DNA of 64,000 nt from Nitrospiraceae bacterium (lineage in GTDB: Bacteria > Nitrospirota > Nitrospiria > Nitrospirales > Nitrospiraceae). Below are positions 36,268-50,501 of the stretch, piece by piece (position 1 is the stretch's first letter; the number at the start of each line of letters is the position of its first letter). The notes under the pieces are model-generated. The model saw only the letters and a list, made by a program, of their open reading frames with translations. It had not been told where the DNA came from and did no database searches. The DNA lies in assembly GCA_050246315.1 (NCBI GenBank), contig JBFWWG010000003.1, forward strand, positions 224,001 through 288,000, written 5' to 3'. The position numbers and the translations under genes were made by a program.

Positions 36268-37371
36268 TTAGTGCTCGATCCCATCAATCTGTTTGAGCGT
36301 GTAGTGGAGCGCGTCGTACAACTTGCCCTCCGGCGATTCACGATCAGCCACCCGCTTATCCCCCATCGAGGCCTGCAATTTCAGCAAGGGTTCGTAGGCC
36401 CGTCGGTCGGGAAGTTGCCCAAGCGCCCAGACGGCGGCCGTTTGCAGTTTGATGTCGCCGGTCTCCATGGCATGGATCAGCGGAGGAACAACCGAGGCAT
36501 CGCCATGGAGCGCCCCGACCTTGCCAAGCCCTCGGCAGGCCTCGATCTGCAACTCCGGCGGCCCGGTTTGGAGTACGTCCACCAGCATCGCGATGCCTTC
36601 CCGGTGCCCGATGTTCCCCACTGCAATGATCGCGGCTTTGGCCACCTCCATATCCGGATCCTTGAGCAGAGGCTTCAGATGCGGGACAGCGGAGCCGGCA
36701 AACAGTTCTCCGAAGGCCTGAATCAGCGCAATCTTCCTGCCCGAGGTCAGATCCGGCTTCTGAAACATCTTGAGGAGGCGAGCCTCCTGGCCCCATTCAG
36801 TGGTGAGGAACACCGGAAATTCATACTTCGCCAGCCGCTCTTGCAACCGGGTGATGGCAAACATCCCCGGATCACGTTCTCCGGCCTCGTTCGCCGCCTT
36901 GAGGGCATCTTCAAAGTCCGTCCGCACTTCTTTGGCCCATGCCATTGGCTTGCCGTCCATCAGGTACCGCAACTGACAGGCTGGCCCTCTCCAGACTCGA
37001 GACGGGGAGTCCGGGAGGTCCGCATCGCCGCCGGCTGAGACAGTTCCCTCCCACGTCTTGCGCTGTTCGCATTTGACGCGGAGCACCGCATCGCTCGGCT
37101 CGGTCGGATCCTTGACGATCTCGTACTCGAACTCTTCCATCTTCTTGGCGACGAGGTCGTGGACCGCGGTCGCATCCTCCTGTCCCTGGTCGGTCAGGAC
37201 CAACGCCTGGACTTGGATCCTCTGAATCTTCTCAAGTGCCTGCCGTTCCGTTTCCGTCAAACTGGGCCGTCGAGCCTGCGCCTCGACCGCCAGGACACTC
37301 ATGACACAGATTCCCGCAAGCACCACCCTTACAGAATGAAAATGAGTCGGCATCACGCCCCTGTTGATCAT
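36268..37371 (-). CDS. Exported HEAT-repeat protein
   Basis: Signal peptide; repeats LKDPDMEVAKAAIIAVGNIG, LQIEACRGLGKVG, LQTAAVWALGQL. Confidence 0.8.
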   Translation of the reverse strand: MINRGVMPTHFHSVRVVLAGICVMSVLAVEAQARRPSLTETERQALEKIQRIQVQALVLTDQGQEDATAVHDLVAKKMEEFEYEIVKDPTEPSDAVLRVKCEQRKTWEGTVSAGGDADLPDSPSRVWRGPACQLRYLMDGKPMAWAKEVRTDFEDALKAANEAGERDPGMFAITRLQERLAKYEFPVFLTTEWGQEARLLKMFQKPDLTSGRKIALIQAFGELFAGSAVPHLKPLLKDPDMEVAKAAIIAVGNIGHREGIAMLVDVLQTGPPELQIEACRGLGKVGALHGDASVVPPLIHAMETGDIKLQTAAVWALGQLPDRRAYEPLLKLQASMGDKRVADRESPEGKLYDALHYTLKQIDGIEH

Positions 37372-37494
37372 AGATGACTCCTTTCGACCGGCGGGCCTTC
37401 GTGCCACACCTCGCTGACTGCCACAGTACTGTACTGCTCCGGCCAGAACGGTGCAAGTTGAAGGCCCGCCGAGGCCACAGTATAATCGCGCCCA

Positions 37495-38322
37495 ATGTTT
37501 GCCGGACAGCAGATCGCGTTCATCGGCGGCGGTAATATGACTGAGGCGTTGGTGTCGGGCCTCCTCAAAACGGGGCAGGTCACCCCCGCACAGCTCATCG
37601 CGACCGATGTCCGCCCGGAACGGCTGGAGTACCTGGCGCGCGCCTTTTCGATTCGCGTGTCTTCCGACAATGTCCGCGCGATCACGGGGGCGCAGATGAC
37701 GGTCCTCTCCGTCGAACCGCAAGTCCTCGACGACGTGCTCAAGGCGTTGGCTCCTTCTCTCGATCCTGAGACACTGATCCTGTCCGTAGCGGCCGGCTAC
37801 CCCCTGTCCCGCCTCGGGCGGATTCTGGCGCGAACGGCGCGATTGATTCGTGCCATGCCCAATACGCCTGCTATTGTGGGCCGCGGCGCCACGGCGCTTG
37901 CCCTGTCGCCGGGCCTGTCGCCCCAGGATCTCGCACGCGCCACCGCGCTCTTCAAATCAGTCGGCTCGGTCACCGTCGTTGAGGAGCGTCTGATGGACGC
38001 CGTCACGGGGCTCAGCGGAAGCGGACCGGCCTATGTGTTCCTGATCATCGAAGCTCTGGCCGACGGCGGCGTCAAAGTCGGGTTGCCGCGTCCCGTGGCC
38101 GTCACGCTCGCCGCGCAAACCGTGCTGGGGGCCGCGACAATGGTCCTCGAAACCGGTCTGCATCCGGCGGAACTGAAGGACCGGGTGGCGTCGCCGGGCG
38201 GCACCACGATCGCCGGTCTGCATGCGCTTGAACGAGGCGGCTTGAGGGCCGCCCTCATCTCGGCCGTGGAAGCCGCAACCCAACGATCGGCGGATCTCGG
38301 CAGCGAACCACCCTTACACTAG
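37495..38322 (+). CDS. proC: Pyrroline-5-carboxylate reductase
   Basis: IGGGNM, RAMPNTP, TGLSGSGPAY, VASPGGTT. Confidence 0.96.
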   Translation: MFAGQQIAFIGGGNMTEALVSGLLKTGQVTPAQLIATDVRPERLEYLARAFSIRVSSDNVRAITGAQMTVLSVEPQVLDDVLKALAPSLDPETLILSVAAGYPLSRLGRILARTARLIRAMPNTPAIVGRGATALALSPGLSPQDLARATALFKSVGSVTVVEERLMDAVTGLSGSGPAYVFLIIEALADGGVKVGLPRPVAVTLAAQTVLGAATMVLETGLHPAELKDRVASPGGTTIAGLHALERGGLRAALISAVEAATQRSADLGSEPPLH

Positions 38323-38331
38323 GAGCCTACC

Positions 38332-38526
38332 GTGCAGTATTGGGTCAAAGTCGTCTTTACGGATAATCAGGAACTGATGGTCAAGGATGCCATCCGCCAC
38401 ACGATCAGCGAGGACATGGAGGTGTTGGAAATTGACACGCCACAGGAGGTGACGATCATTCCGGTCAAGCAGATCAAGTACGTCTCCTGCGACGCAACCG
38501 TCTTCAACAAGAAACCGAAGGTGTAG
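38332..38526 (+). CDS. Small hypothetical protein
   Basis: AGGAG RBS, host-like codon usage, 64 aa. Confidence 0.65.
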   Translation: MQYWVKVVFTDNQELMVKDAIRHTISEDMEVLEIDTPQEVTIIPVKQIKYVSCDATVFNKKPKV

Positions 38527-38670
38527 GACGCCGCGCCCGTCGCTGAGGCGAGGCTCGTCACCGCCGCCCGGATTGAACCGCCCGAGGCCTTGTGACGAGG
38601 CCTTGTGAATGGTGTCCCGCACATCGCGTGGCCGGAGCCGATCTCCGCCCTCCAGGAACCGGTGGCTCGT

Positions 38671-38699
38671 TTGACCCCCCGTCGATGGATTGTTACAAT
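38671..38699 (+). promoter_or_regulatory. sigma70-like promoter for aroQ-efp-accBC
   Basis: TTGACC-N17-TACAAT with a TG extended -10. Confidence 0.55.
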
Positions 38700-38781
38700 A
38701 CCGCCGCCTTCAGATCGCCACACAAGGATACTCGGCGCTTAGCCCGTTAGCCCCGGCTACAACGATGGCAGTGGAGTGTGC

Positions 38782-39312
38782 ATGCTTCGAGTGCTGGTCT
38801 TGCACGGGCCGAATCTGAATCTGTTGGGTACCCGTGAACCGTCTCTCTACGGGATGGCGGATTTGGCAACCATCAACCACTCCCTTCGCCGGCTCGCGAC
38901 GCAGGAGGGGATCGGGATCGAGTGCCGGCAGTCCAACCTGGAAGGGGAGCTGGTAACCTGGATCCAGGAGGCCAGGCGGCGGTTCGACGGTCTGTTGATT
39001 AATCCCGCGGCCTACACCCATACCAGCGTCGCGATCCGCGACGCGATCGCGGCCGTGCAGATTCCGACCGTCGAGGTGCACCTGTCCAACATTCATCAGC
39101 GAGAAGAGTTCCGGCATCATTCGTATATCGCCGGGGTGGCTGTGGGCCAGATCGCCGGATTCGGGCCGGACAGCTACCTCTTGGGACTGCACGGTCTCCT
39201 CCATCACCTCAATGGAATCCATGGGCCCAATGGGGCGCAGCCGACCGGCTCTGCAACCCGTCACATCAAACGCAAACCTGCAACCAAGCGGACCCGTATC
39301 ACATCAACGTGA
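38782..39312 (+). CDS. aroQ: Type II 3-dehydroquinate dehydratase
   Basis: [45 protein letters not shown]. Confidence 0.96.
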   Translation: MLRVLVLHGPNLNLLGTREPSLYGMADLATINHSLRRLATQEGIGIECRQSNLEGELVTWIQEARRRFDGLLINPAAYTHTSVAIRDAIAAVQIPTVEVHLSNIHQREEFRHHSYIAGVAVGQIAGFGPDSYLLGLHGLLHHLNGIHGPNGAQPTGSATRHIKRKPATKRTRITST

Positions 39313-39352
39313 GCATCGAGCGCCCCGCTGAGGAGAATAAGGAGTACCCATC

Positions 39353-39913
39353 GTGATTTCGACCGCAGATTTTCGCAACGGGGTCCGGCTGGAAATCGAC
39401 GGAGAACCCTTTTATATCGTGGAATTTCAGCACGTGAAGCCCGGCAAGGGCGGCGCGTTCGTCCGAACCAAGCTCAAGAGTTACAAGACGGGGAACGTGC
39501 TCGACCGAACCTTTCGGTCGGGGGAGAAATTCGATGAGCCCGAATTGGAAGAGCGGGAAATGCAATTCCTTTACGCATCCGGCGAACAGTATACCTTCAT
39601 GGATACGGACACCTACGAGCAGTTCTCGTATGACAAGGCTCACCTCGGTGAAAACGCGGACTTGCTGAAAGAGGACATGCGGGTCAACATCCTCGTCTAT
39701 CACCATGCGCCCCTGGCCGTCGAGTTGCCGATCTTCATCGAATTGAAGGTGGTCGACGCCGACCCTGGTATCAGAGGCGATACGGCCTCCGGCGGCAGCA
39801 AACCGGCCAGGGTCGAGACCGGGGCCACGATCAAAGTACCGCTGTACCTCGAAGTCGGCGAGACCATCAAGATCGACACGCGCACCCGCGCCTACGTGGA
39901 GCGTGTGCGGTGA
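39353..39913 (+). CDS. efp: Elongation factor P
   Basis: HVKPGKGGAFVR, PGIRGDTA, KPARVETG. Confidence 0.97.
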   Translation: MISTADFRNGVRLEIDGEPFYIVEFQHVKPGKGGAFVRTKLKSYKTGNVLDRTFRSGEKFDEPELEEREMQFLYASGEQYTFMDTDTYEQFSYDKAHLGENADLLKEDMRVNILVYHHAPLAVELPIFIELKVVDADPGIRGDTASGGSKPARVETGATIKVPLYLEVGETIKIDTRTRAYVERVR

Positions 39914-40470
39914 GCAGGAAGAAACCTTCTCCGACAGGATCGGCCTCCGGCCGCAAGGCACCGATTCTGGTCCCTGGACGGTTGCTGGAATCGGACCGAC
40001 ACCAGCCGGCCGAAGATCGAGCGAAGCTGATCCAGGATCTGGCCGATTTGCTTCGGAAGAACAACCTCAGCGAGCTGGAGTTCGAGCGTGAGGGGCTGCG
40101 GGTGCGCCTTCGACAGGAGTACACCTCGAAACCGGCCGGCCTGGTTCCTCCGGAGCCGGTGGCAGGCCAGACACCATCGCTTCCTTCATATATCGCGACG
40201 CCTCCGGCCGACACGAGGGGCTTGGTCACGATCACATCGCCGATCGTGGGAACGTTTTATCGTTCACCCTCTCCCGATGCCGATCCCTACGTCGAGGAGG
40301 GGGATACGGTCAAGAAGGGGCAGGTGCTCTGCATCGTGGAAGCCATGAAACTGATGAACGAAATCGAATCGGAAGTCGACGGCCGCGTCGTCAAAATTCT
40401 GGTGGAAAGCGCCAAGCCGGTCGAATATGGACAACCCTTGTTCCTCATCGAACCCACGCCTGCTGCCTGA
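39910..40470 (+). CDS. accB: Biotin carboxyl carrier protein
   Basis: SPIVGTFYR, EAMKLMNEI. Confidence 0.95.
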   Translation: MSRKKPSPTGSASGRKAPILVPGRLLESDRHQPAEDRAKLIQDLADLLRKNNLSELEFEREGLRVRLRQEYTSKPAGLVPPEPVAGQTPSLPSYIATPPADTRGLVTITSPIVGTFYRSPSPDADPYVEEGDTVKKGQVLCIVEAMKLMNEIESEVDGRVVKILVESAKPVEYGQPLFLIEPTPAA

Positions 40471-40500
40471 CGCACCCATCCACGAATTTCGGAGGCAGCC

Positions 40501-41850
<1,350 letters not shown>

Positions 41851-41896
41851 CCCCACGGGCGACTCGGCCGGTTGAATCCCCACGAGACGATGTTCC

Positions 41897-44140
<2,244 letters not shown>

Positions 44141-44240
44141 GATCCACCGTCTACTCAGCGCGCCCTCGCCTGTCAGCCGATCGCCTTGCCCGCCTGTCGG
44201 CCCCTGTGATACGGTCCCCCGATTGTCGAAAGGAATCCCT

Positions 44241-45086
44241 ATGCCTGACTCCGTTCCTCGCCTCTGGTTGTCGTGCGGTTTTGCCATTCTGATTTGGTAT
44301 ATCGGCCCGGCGTGGGCCGACCAACTGCTGACTGTTGAGGACTCGCCGGCCTATTTCCCAGACGACGTCGGCAACTATTGGTCCTATCGAGGTGAAGTCA
44401 CGGAAGGCCCCGTGCAATCGATCGAACACAAGATCTTCGTCAACGAGTCGAAGGTCCTTCGCACCGAGAAACGGAAGGGCGTCGAGTTGACGGTGTTTCA
44501 TGATTCGAATGCGGGGAACCACGGCCCATCCGACAGTTATTACCGGCGGGACGCCGTGGGCATCGTCTACCATGGTTCCGAGCCCGGCACGCCGCTCGAG
44601 CGACAGCTGGTTCCCTATCAGATCGTACAGTTTCCGCTTCGATATCCGTCGAGCTTTCAGCAGTTCGATCGGAACCAATTGGACTTCGGAAACGACCTGG
44701 ACGGCGACGGCGTCAACGAGCGGGTGGACGTCCAAGGCGTGGCATCGGTCGTGGGACGCGACAGCGTGACCGTGCCGGCCGGGAAGTTCCCTGATACGGT
44801 CCATCTCGAAGCCCGCATGATGCTGCGGATCACGCTGTCCGCCAACAAGCATGCGGTGACCGGAACAGATGTGATGAATGCCTGGTTCGCGAAGGGCGTC
44901 GGGATGGTCAAATATGTCGAGCGTCAAGAGTTGCCGCCGCTGCGGCGCGACCGAGGGCTGGTCAGCGAGATCCAGGAGGAATTGGTGGACTATCAGGTGA
45001 AGGGTCCGCTTCAGTCATTCGATCGGCGCGAATCCCCGCCGCAGGGTATTTTCGCTCACGACACGCGCGGTCATGAATTGCAGTAA
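44241..45086 (+). CDS. Hypothetical exported protein
   Basis: Signal peptide; YFP...GNYWSY; VTVPAGKF...WFAKGVGMVK. Confidence 0.7.
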   Translation: MPDSVPRLWLSCGFAILIWYIGPAWADQLLTVEDSPAYFPDDVGNYWSYRGEVTEGPVQSIEHKIFVNESKVLRTEKRKGVELTVFHDSNAGNHGPSDSYYRRDAVGIVYHGSEPGTPLERQLVPYQIVQFPLRYPSSFQQFDRNQLDFGNDLDGDGVNERVDVQGVASVVGRDSVTVPAGKFPDTVHLEARMMLRITLSANKHAVTGTDVMNAWFAKGVGMVKYVERQELPPLRRDRGLVSEIQEELVDYQVKGPLQSFDRRESPPQGIFAHDTRGHELQ

Positions 45087-47978
45087 GTAGTCGTCGCCTC
45101 CTGCCTTGGTCCCGACGCCGGACAGCCTGTGTCCTCCGAACGGCTGCCGACCGACCAGCGCCCCGGTAATCGGCCGGTTGATGTAGAGATTTCCTACATC
45201 GAACCGCTCCCTTGCGATCTGAAGATTCTTGGGGCTCCTCGAATAGACCCCACCGGTCAGCGCGTAGTCGGTTGCGTTGGCCATGCCCAGCGCCTGGGAA
45301 AAGTCCGGCGCCCGCATCACAGCCAACACCGGACCGAAGATCTCCTCCTGGGCCAACCGATGCTCGGGACGAATCTCGGCGATCAGGACCGGTCCCTGAA
45401 AATAGCCGGGCCCGGGCATGGCGCGGTCGATGATCAGGCGCCCCTCGTGTCGGCCGATCTCCACATAGTCTCGGACGGTCTTCAGCGCACGCTCGTCGAT
45501 CATCGGCCCCATCCGTGATCCCGGGTCTTCAGGCGGGCCGATCGTGACGGCCAGGACGGCTTCGGTTAAGCGTTGCACAAACAGGTCGTGCACGGCCTCA
45601 TGCACGATGACGCGCGAGCAGGCCGAACACTTTTGTCCCTGGTAGCCGGTGAACGAGGCGACGACGCCCGATACCGCTTCGTCGAGGTCCGCCGTCTCAT
45701 CCACGATGATTGCGTTCTTCCCACCCATCTCGGCAATCACGCGCTTGACGTGCCGTTGCCCCTTCCTCACCTGAACCGCTTGACCGAGAATCCACAGCCC
45801 CGCGTCCTTTGAACCGGTGAAGGCAATCACGCCGACGTCGGGATGTTCCACCAAGACCCTTCCAAGGGCCGGACCGCCGGGCAACACCTGCAAGACACCA
45901 GCCGGTAGACCCGCCTCGGCAAGGATACGTCCGAGCAGACATCCGACCATCGGTGCCCGCTCGGAGGGTTTAAACAGCACAACGTTGCCGGTGACCAACG
46001 CCGCGGAGACCATCCCAGTCGGGATCGCCAGCGGGAAATTCCAGGGCGCGATCACCGCCGCAATCCCCCTGGATTGATAACTCTGATGGTTGAGCTCACC
46101 CGGCTCATGTCCCAGCCGCCGAGGGGCTCCCAACTGTTCCATCCGGTGCGCATAAAACAGCAGGAAGTCGATGGCTTCCGCCACATCCGCATCCGCTTCA
46201 CGCCAGGGTTTTCCTTCCTCCAACACTTCCCAGGCCGCCAGCTCGTACCGCCTCTGCTTCATCAGGGACGCGGCCCTCCTCATGATACTCGCTCGCTCGG
46301 AAACAGGCGTGCCGCTCCATGGCGGCAGCCGCCGCTTCGCCTCCTCCATCACCGCGGACAGATCCGAAGGCAAGACCGTCGGGACGGTTCCCAAAATTTC
46401 ATCGGGCCGGCTGGGATTCCTCACCACGAGGGGTGGACCGAGAGACGGCCCGTCCGAGACCCATGGGATGGAGACCGGTCCTCCAAGGCTACGGCGCACC
46501 GATTGAATCGCCGCCGCCATCGACGCGCGGACCGGCGCCAACGAGAAATCGGAATGGGGCTCATTCCGGAAGGCGACCGCTTCCGCTGCTGGCTCACGTG
46601 TCTCCTTTGAAAGGTGAACAGGCAGGTCCGGTTTGGCCAACAGCACATCGAGCGGTTGAGATTCGACGTATTCCTTCCGTAGGAACGATTCGTTTGAGGT
46701 ATTTTCGAGCAGCCGTCTGACCAGGTACGCCATCCCCGGCAATAACTCGCCAACCGGCGTATATAGTCTGAGCCGCCGCCCCCGTTGAGTGACGGCAGCT
46801 TGAAGCGGCTCGGCCATGCCGTAAATCATTTGATATTCCCACGCATGGGCAGGAAGGTTCAGTCGGCTCGCGTAGGCCTCCGCATGGGCCAATGTACGCA
46901 GGTTGTGAGTACCGAAAGCCGGGCGAATGACTTGGTGGTGATCCAACAACATCCTGGTCAAGGATTCGTAGGCGACGTCGGTTTCGGATTTCTGGGTGAA
47001 CAGCGGGATCGGCCACCCTCGCTGTGTGTACCGAATCCAATCAGAATCCCAGTAGGCGCCCTTGACGAGCCGGACCGTAATCGGCGTCCCTCGCTTCCGG
47101 CACCACGCAATCAGATCAGCCACATCCTGGACCGTGTTCTTGTGATAGGCCTGAAGCGCAAGCCCGGCATGGGGGAAGGCACGATAGGCCGGCTCGGACA
47201 GGAGCCGCATGAAGATGAACAGGGTGAGGTCCTTGAGTTCAGCCTGTTCCATGTCGAAGATGACGCCGGCCGAAATGGATTGGGCGAGGTCCAGCAGCGG
47301 CCGCAATCGATCGGCGACCGCCGCATAGCTGCCTTCCGGATCGATGGGGTCAAGTTGCGAATAGAGCGCGGAAATCTTAATGGACAACTGGGCGCGTGGA
47401 ATGCCCCCGACATGACCCCGCTCAAGCAGGGGAGCGGCGGGCCAACCGACGGCGGTCTGGGCCAACTCACGCAACGCCGATAGGCACCGGTCTCGATAAC
47501 GATCGGCTTCCACTTCCGAGACCGTCGCTTCCCCGAGCAAATCGACCGAGCAGGCGCGGCCATCCTTCCAGAGTTGCGTCAGGATCGGAGCGGCCTGCGA
47601 CACCGTCGCACCGGCAATAAATGTTCCGGCCATCTGCTCGACCTGCTTGCGGAGCGACCGGGCGCCGAGTTTGGCCGCCACAGTCGAGCCGGCCATGAAT
47701 TTCATGCCCCATTGGAACAGCCGGCCCAGGCGCTCCTGGTCGCTGAAGTATTCGTCCACCAGACGGACGACCTGTTCGTCATGACGCAACACCGGCAGGA
47801 CATCGACAAATCGGAACAACTGGACCTTGAATTCCGGATCGTGCATGGCCCAATCCAGCAGACCTTGCGACCAGCGCTTGCGGTCGAACACCGTGGGTGC
47901 CGCTCCGGCCATACCTTGAGCCATGGCGGTTCCAATCTGATGAATCAACGGTTCGAGTGAGAGGGGATCGATCGACAT
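45015..47978 (-). CDS. putA: Bifunctional proline dehydrogenase / P5C dehydrogenase
   Basis: RLVKGAYWD, GTHN, AYLVRRLLEN, PWNFPLAI, FTGS, EMGGKN, GQKCSAC, EEIFGP. Confidence 0.95.
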   Translation of the reverse strand: MSIDPLSLEPLIHQIGTAMAQGMAGAAPTVFDRKRWSQGLLDWAMHDPEFKVQLFRFVDVLPVLRHDEQVVRLVDEYFSDQERLGRLFQWGMKFMAGSTVAAKLGARSLRKQVEQMAGTFIAGATVSQAAPILTQLWKDGRACSVDLLGEATVSEVEADRYRDRCLSALRELAQTAVGWPAAPLLERGHVGGIPRAQLSIKISALYSQLDPIDPEGSYAAVADRLRPLLDLAQSISAGVIFDMEQAELKDLTLFIFMRLLSEPAYRAFPHAGLALQAYHKNTVQDVADLIAWCRKRGTPITVRLVKGAYWDSDWIRYTQRGWPIPLFTQKSETDVAYESLTRMLLDHHQVIRPAFGTHNLRTLAHAEAYASRLNLPAHAWEYQMIYGMAEPLQAAVTQRGRRLRLYTPVGELLPGMAYLVRRLLENTSNESFLRKEYVESQPLDVLLAKPDLPVHLSKETREPAAEAVAFRNEPHSDFSLAPVRASMAAAIQSVRRSLGGPVSIPWVSDGPSLGPPLVVRNPSRPDEILGTVPTVLPSDLSAVMEEAKRRLPPWSGTPVSERASIMRRAASLMKQRRYELAAWEVLEEGKPWREADADVAEAIDFLLFYAHRMEQLGAPRRLGHEPGELNHQSYQSRGIAAVIAPWNFPLAIPTGMVSAALVTGNVVLFKPSERAPMVGCLLGRILAEAGLPAGVLQVLPGGPALGRVLVEHPDVGVIAFTGSKDAGLWILGQAVQVRKGQRHVKRVIAEMGGKNAIIVDETADLDEAVSGVVASFTGYQGQKCSACSRVIVHEAVHDLFVQRLTEAVLAVTIGPPEDPGSRMGPMIDERALKTVRDYVEIGRHEGRLIIDRAMPGPGYFQGPVLIAEIRPEHRLAQEEIFGPVLAVMRAPDFSQALGMANATDYALTGGVYSRSPKNLQIARERFDVGNLYINRPITGALVGRQPFGGHRLSGVGTKAGGDDYLLQFMTARVVSENTLRRGFAPIE

Positions 47979-48469
47979 CACAGCCCCCAGGCAGGATGAG
48001 GTGTTTGAAGCCCGTCCGACATTGCCGTTCCTGACGAGGCGAAGCAGGCGCTGGCAGATGCCAGGCCACCGGCCGCGAAAAACCGGAGGTACATTCGCTG
48101 GAATCGGGACCCATTGCTCCGCAGAATGCAATGGGGGCTTCGGTGTATTCGGGGCCGAGAACGAATCAGATGGCGGTGCATCCTTCGCCGAAGTAGAAAG
48201 GGCAATGTCGAACAGACTCCTGCCTTCAGTATACACCGACCCAACCAACGGGCCGAGCTCCGCCTTCGTATATTCTCGGGAAGAGATTGCGGGTAGAACG
48301 TCGGACCATCGGGTTTGATCGCAGAGGCGCCTGTGCCATTTCAATTCAACCGGAAGATCGCTTATGATGGGACTCGTCGCCAACGAATTCTTGATGAACC
48401 CGACCGTGCCGGTCCACCGCCGTGGCAAACGGTAGACCCACGCGGGACTATAGAGGTGGAGGAGCTTTC

Positions 48470-49357
48470 ATGTCGCAGGAACACACAGAACAGCCGTCCG
48501 GAACGGGAGACGGGCCGGCCCGATCCAGCCTGATCCCTGGGGTAAAGTATGCCCTCGCCGTCAGCAGCGGGAAGGGTGGGGTCGGCAAATCCACGGTGGC
48601 CGTCAATCTGGCGGTCGCGCTCCGTCGGTCCGGCGCGACGGTGGGTTTGCTTGACGCCGACATCTACGGACCCAACATCCCGATGATGATGGGCGTGACC
48701 AAACCGCCGGAACAACGGGATGGGAAAATCTTGCCGGCCGAAAATCATGGGGTGAAGCTCATCTCGATGGGCTTTTTCGTCCCGGAGGAAACGGCGGTCG
48801 TGTGGCGAGGTCCAATGGTACACACCGCCATCCAGCAATTTTTCCGTGATGTGCAGTGGGGAGACCTGGATTACCTTCTCATCGATCTCCCGCCTGGGAC
48901 GGGCGACGCCCAACTGACGCTGACTCAACTGGTTCCGCTCCGTGGCGCCATCACGGTGACCACCCCGCAGAATGTCGCACTGTACGACGTCCGTAAAGGC
49001 ATCATGATGTTCCAGAAAGTCAACGTGCCGCTGCTCGGGTTGGTCGAAAACATGAGCCACTTCGTCTGCGGTCACTGCGGAGAGAAGACCGAGATCTTCT
49101 CGTATGGCGGAGGAGAGCGCGCCGCCCAGGCCATGGGCATCCCATTTCTCGGCCGCATCCCGATCGATCCCGCGATCCGCACCGGAGGTGACAGTGGGTT
49201 GCCAATCGTCGTGAGCCAACCGGACTCTCCCCAGACACAGGCATTTCTGGACATCGCCGCAAAGATCCGGGAGGAAGTGGAGCAAGCGCCATCGACGACG
49301 CCTCCTCCGCTGGAAAGTTTGCTGAAAAAGATCAAGGCGCCGTTTGGCAAAAGTTGA
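48470..49357 (+). CDS. mrp: Mrp/NBP35 (ApbC) Fe-S cluster carrier ATPase
   Basis: [38 protein letters not shown]. Confidence 0.93.
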   Translation: MSQEHTEQPSGTGDGPARSSLIPGVKYALAVSSGKGGVGKSTVAVNLAVALRRSGATVGLLDADIYGPNIPMMMGVTKPPEQRDGKILPAENHGVKLISMGFFVPEETAVVWRGPMVHTAIQQFFRDVQWGDLDYLLIDLPPGTGDAQLTLTQLVPLRGAITVTTPQNVALYDVRKGIMMFQKVNVPLLGLVENMSHFVCGHCGEKTEIFSYGGGERAAQAMGIPFLGRIPIDPAIRTGGDSGLPIVVSQPDSPQTQAFLDIAAKIREEVEQAPSTTPPPLESLLKKIKAPFGKS

Positions 49358-49397
49358 CCGACATCAAGTTCACCTGGTCGATCAAGGAGAGGACAAC

Positions 49398-49703
49398 ATG
49401 GCAGAGTTCGTCAGGGTGGCGAGCACAGACGACGTCAAACCGGGCACGGGCATCGTTGTAGAAATGAACGACAAGGCCCTGGCTCTCTTTAGTATCGACG
49501 GCACCATCTATGCCATCGACAACACCTGTGTCCATCGGGGCGGCCCGCTGGGGGAGGGCGAGCTAGAAGGAGACATGGTGTCCTGTCCCTGGCATGGATG
49601 GCAGTATCACGTGAGGACCGGAGCCTGCGTGAACAATCCCTCGGCCAAGGTTGACACCTATCAGGTAAAGGTAGAGGGAACGGACATCAAAGTCCTACTG
49701 TAG
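49398..49703 (+). CDS. Rieske-type ferredoxin
   Basis: CVHRGGPL...CPWHGW. Confidence 0.9.
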   Translation: MAEFVRVASTDDVKPGTGIVVEMNDKALALFSIDGTIYAIDNTCVHRGGPLGEGELEGDMVSCPWHGWQYHVRTGACVNNPSAKVDTYQVKVEGTDIKVLL

Positions 49704-49764
49704 CCTTACAACCTGCACACCATGATCATCCATTTTCCTACTTAACGAGAGGATCAACACCGTC

Positions 49765-50133
49765 ATGAGTCACAATTCCCAGTCGCCCACACACATCGAC
49801 CTGACCGAAACCTTCGTTCGGCTGTATGTCTTCTTGAGCCAATACCTCGATCGCTGCCTGGACGAAGGGCTCAGGCGGAGCTATCCCGAGGAGGAGCTCC
49901 AGAAGCATCTCGCCGACACCAGGGCGCACCTCCTCGATATCATCTCGATCAATCCGGTGGTCCGTCAAAAGGTCGAGGCCGAATGCGAAGAGATCCTCCG
50001 CCTTGGCGGGGTCTGCCTCCGGGAAGGCAAAACCAAACCGAATGCCGGCGAGCAGGTTCAGGCCTCCCGGACCATGCTGAAAAACAAGGTGATCGCGCTG
50101 AGCGATTTGCTGGCGGTGTTCCGCGCCGTGTGA
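49765..50133 (+). CDS. Hypothetical protein
   Basis: Co-oriented ORF with RBS (GAGG); helical composition. Confidence 0.6.
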   Translation: MSHNSQSPTHIDLTETFVRLYVFLSQYLDRCLDEGLRRSYPEEELQKHLADTRAHLLDIISINPVVRQKVEAECEEILRLGGVCLREGKTKPNAGEQVQASRTMLKNKVIALSDLLAVFRAV

Positions 50134-50136
50134 TTC

Positions 50137-50493
50137 ATGCCCGAGGCGGTCGTGACCCAGTATCAGGTGGCCGGCCTGGACGAGCGAGAACGAGGCTTCA
50201 ATCGGACAGTCGAGGTCCGTCGGGACGGTGACCGGCACCGCGCGCTGCTTCGCTACGAACAGCTTCACCTCTCCACCTCCTGGCATCCGACGCATGACGA
50301 GACGCTCGGCGAGTTGCTACAATTATTACAGGACCGCGGCTATCGCCAGCTCAAGTATCGCGCAATCTTTCGCGGCGACACCTATTTGGGCAACCAGGAG
50401 ACCTGGAGCGAGCACCCGGATCCCCCGCAGCCTGCCGAACCTTCGAGTTGGTTTTCGAGGCTGATCAAACGGCTGGGTTTTCCTGGTTATTAA
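50137..50493 (+). CDS. Hypothetical protein
   Basis: Tightly packed between neighbours on the + strand. Confidence 0.6.
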   Translation: MPEAVVTQYQVAGLDERERGFNRTVEVRRDGDRHRALLRYEQLHLSTSWHPTHDETLGELLQLLQDRGYRQLKYRAIFRGDTYLGNQETWSEHPDPPQPAEPSSWFSRLIKRLGFPGY

Positions 50494-50501
50494 AAGGATG
50501 G

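Noticed and set aside
45015..45086. Convergent 3' overlaps (putA/exported protein; also thiE/bioD at 42510-42553) as antisense regulation
   Set aside because: Short tail-to-tail overlaps are common in compact GC-rich genomes and there is no further evidence.
47979..48469. 150-aa N-terminal extension of PutA, or a small gene or sRNA in the putA-mrp gap
   Set aside because: The extension has no recognisable domain and runs into the divergent mrp upstream region. No RNA motif could be supported by eye.
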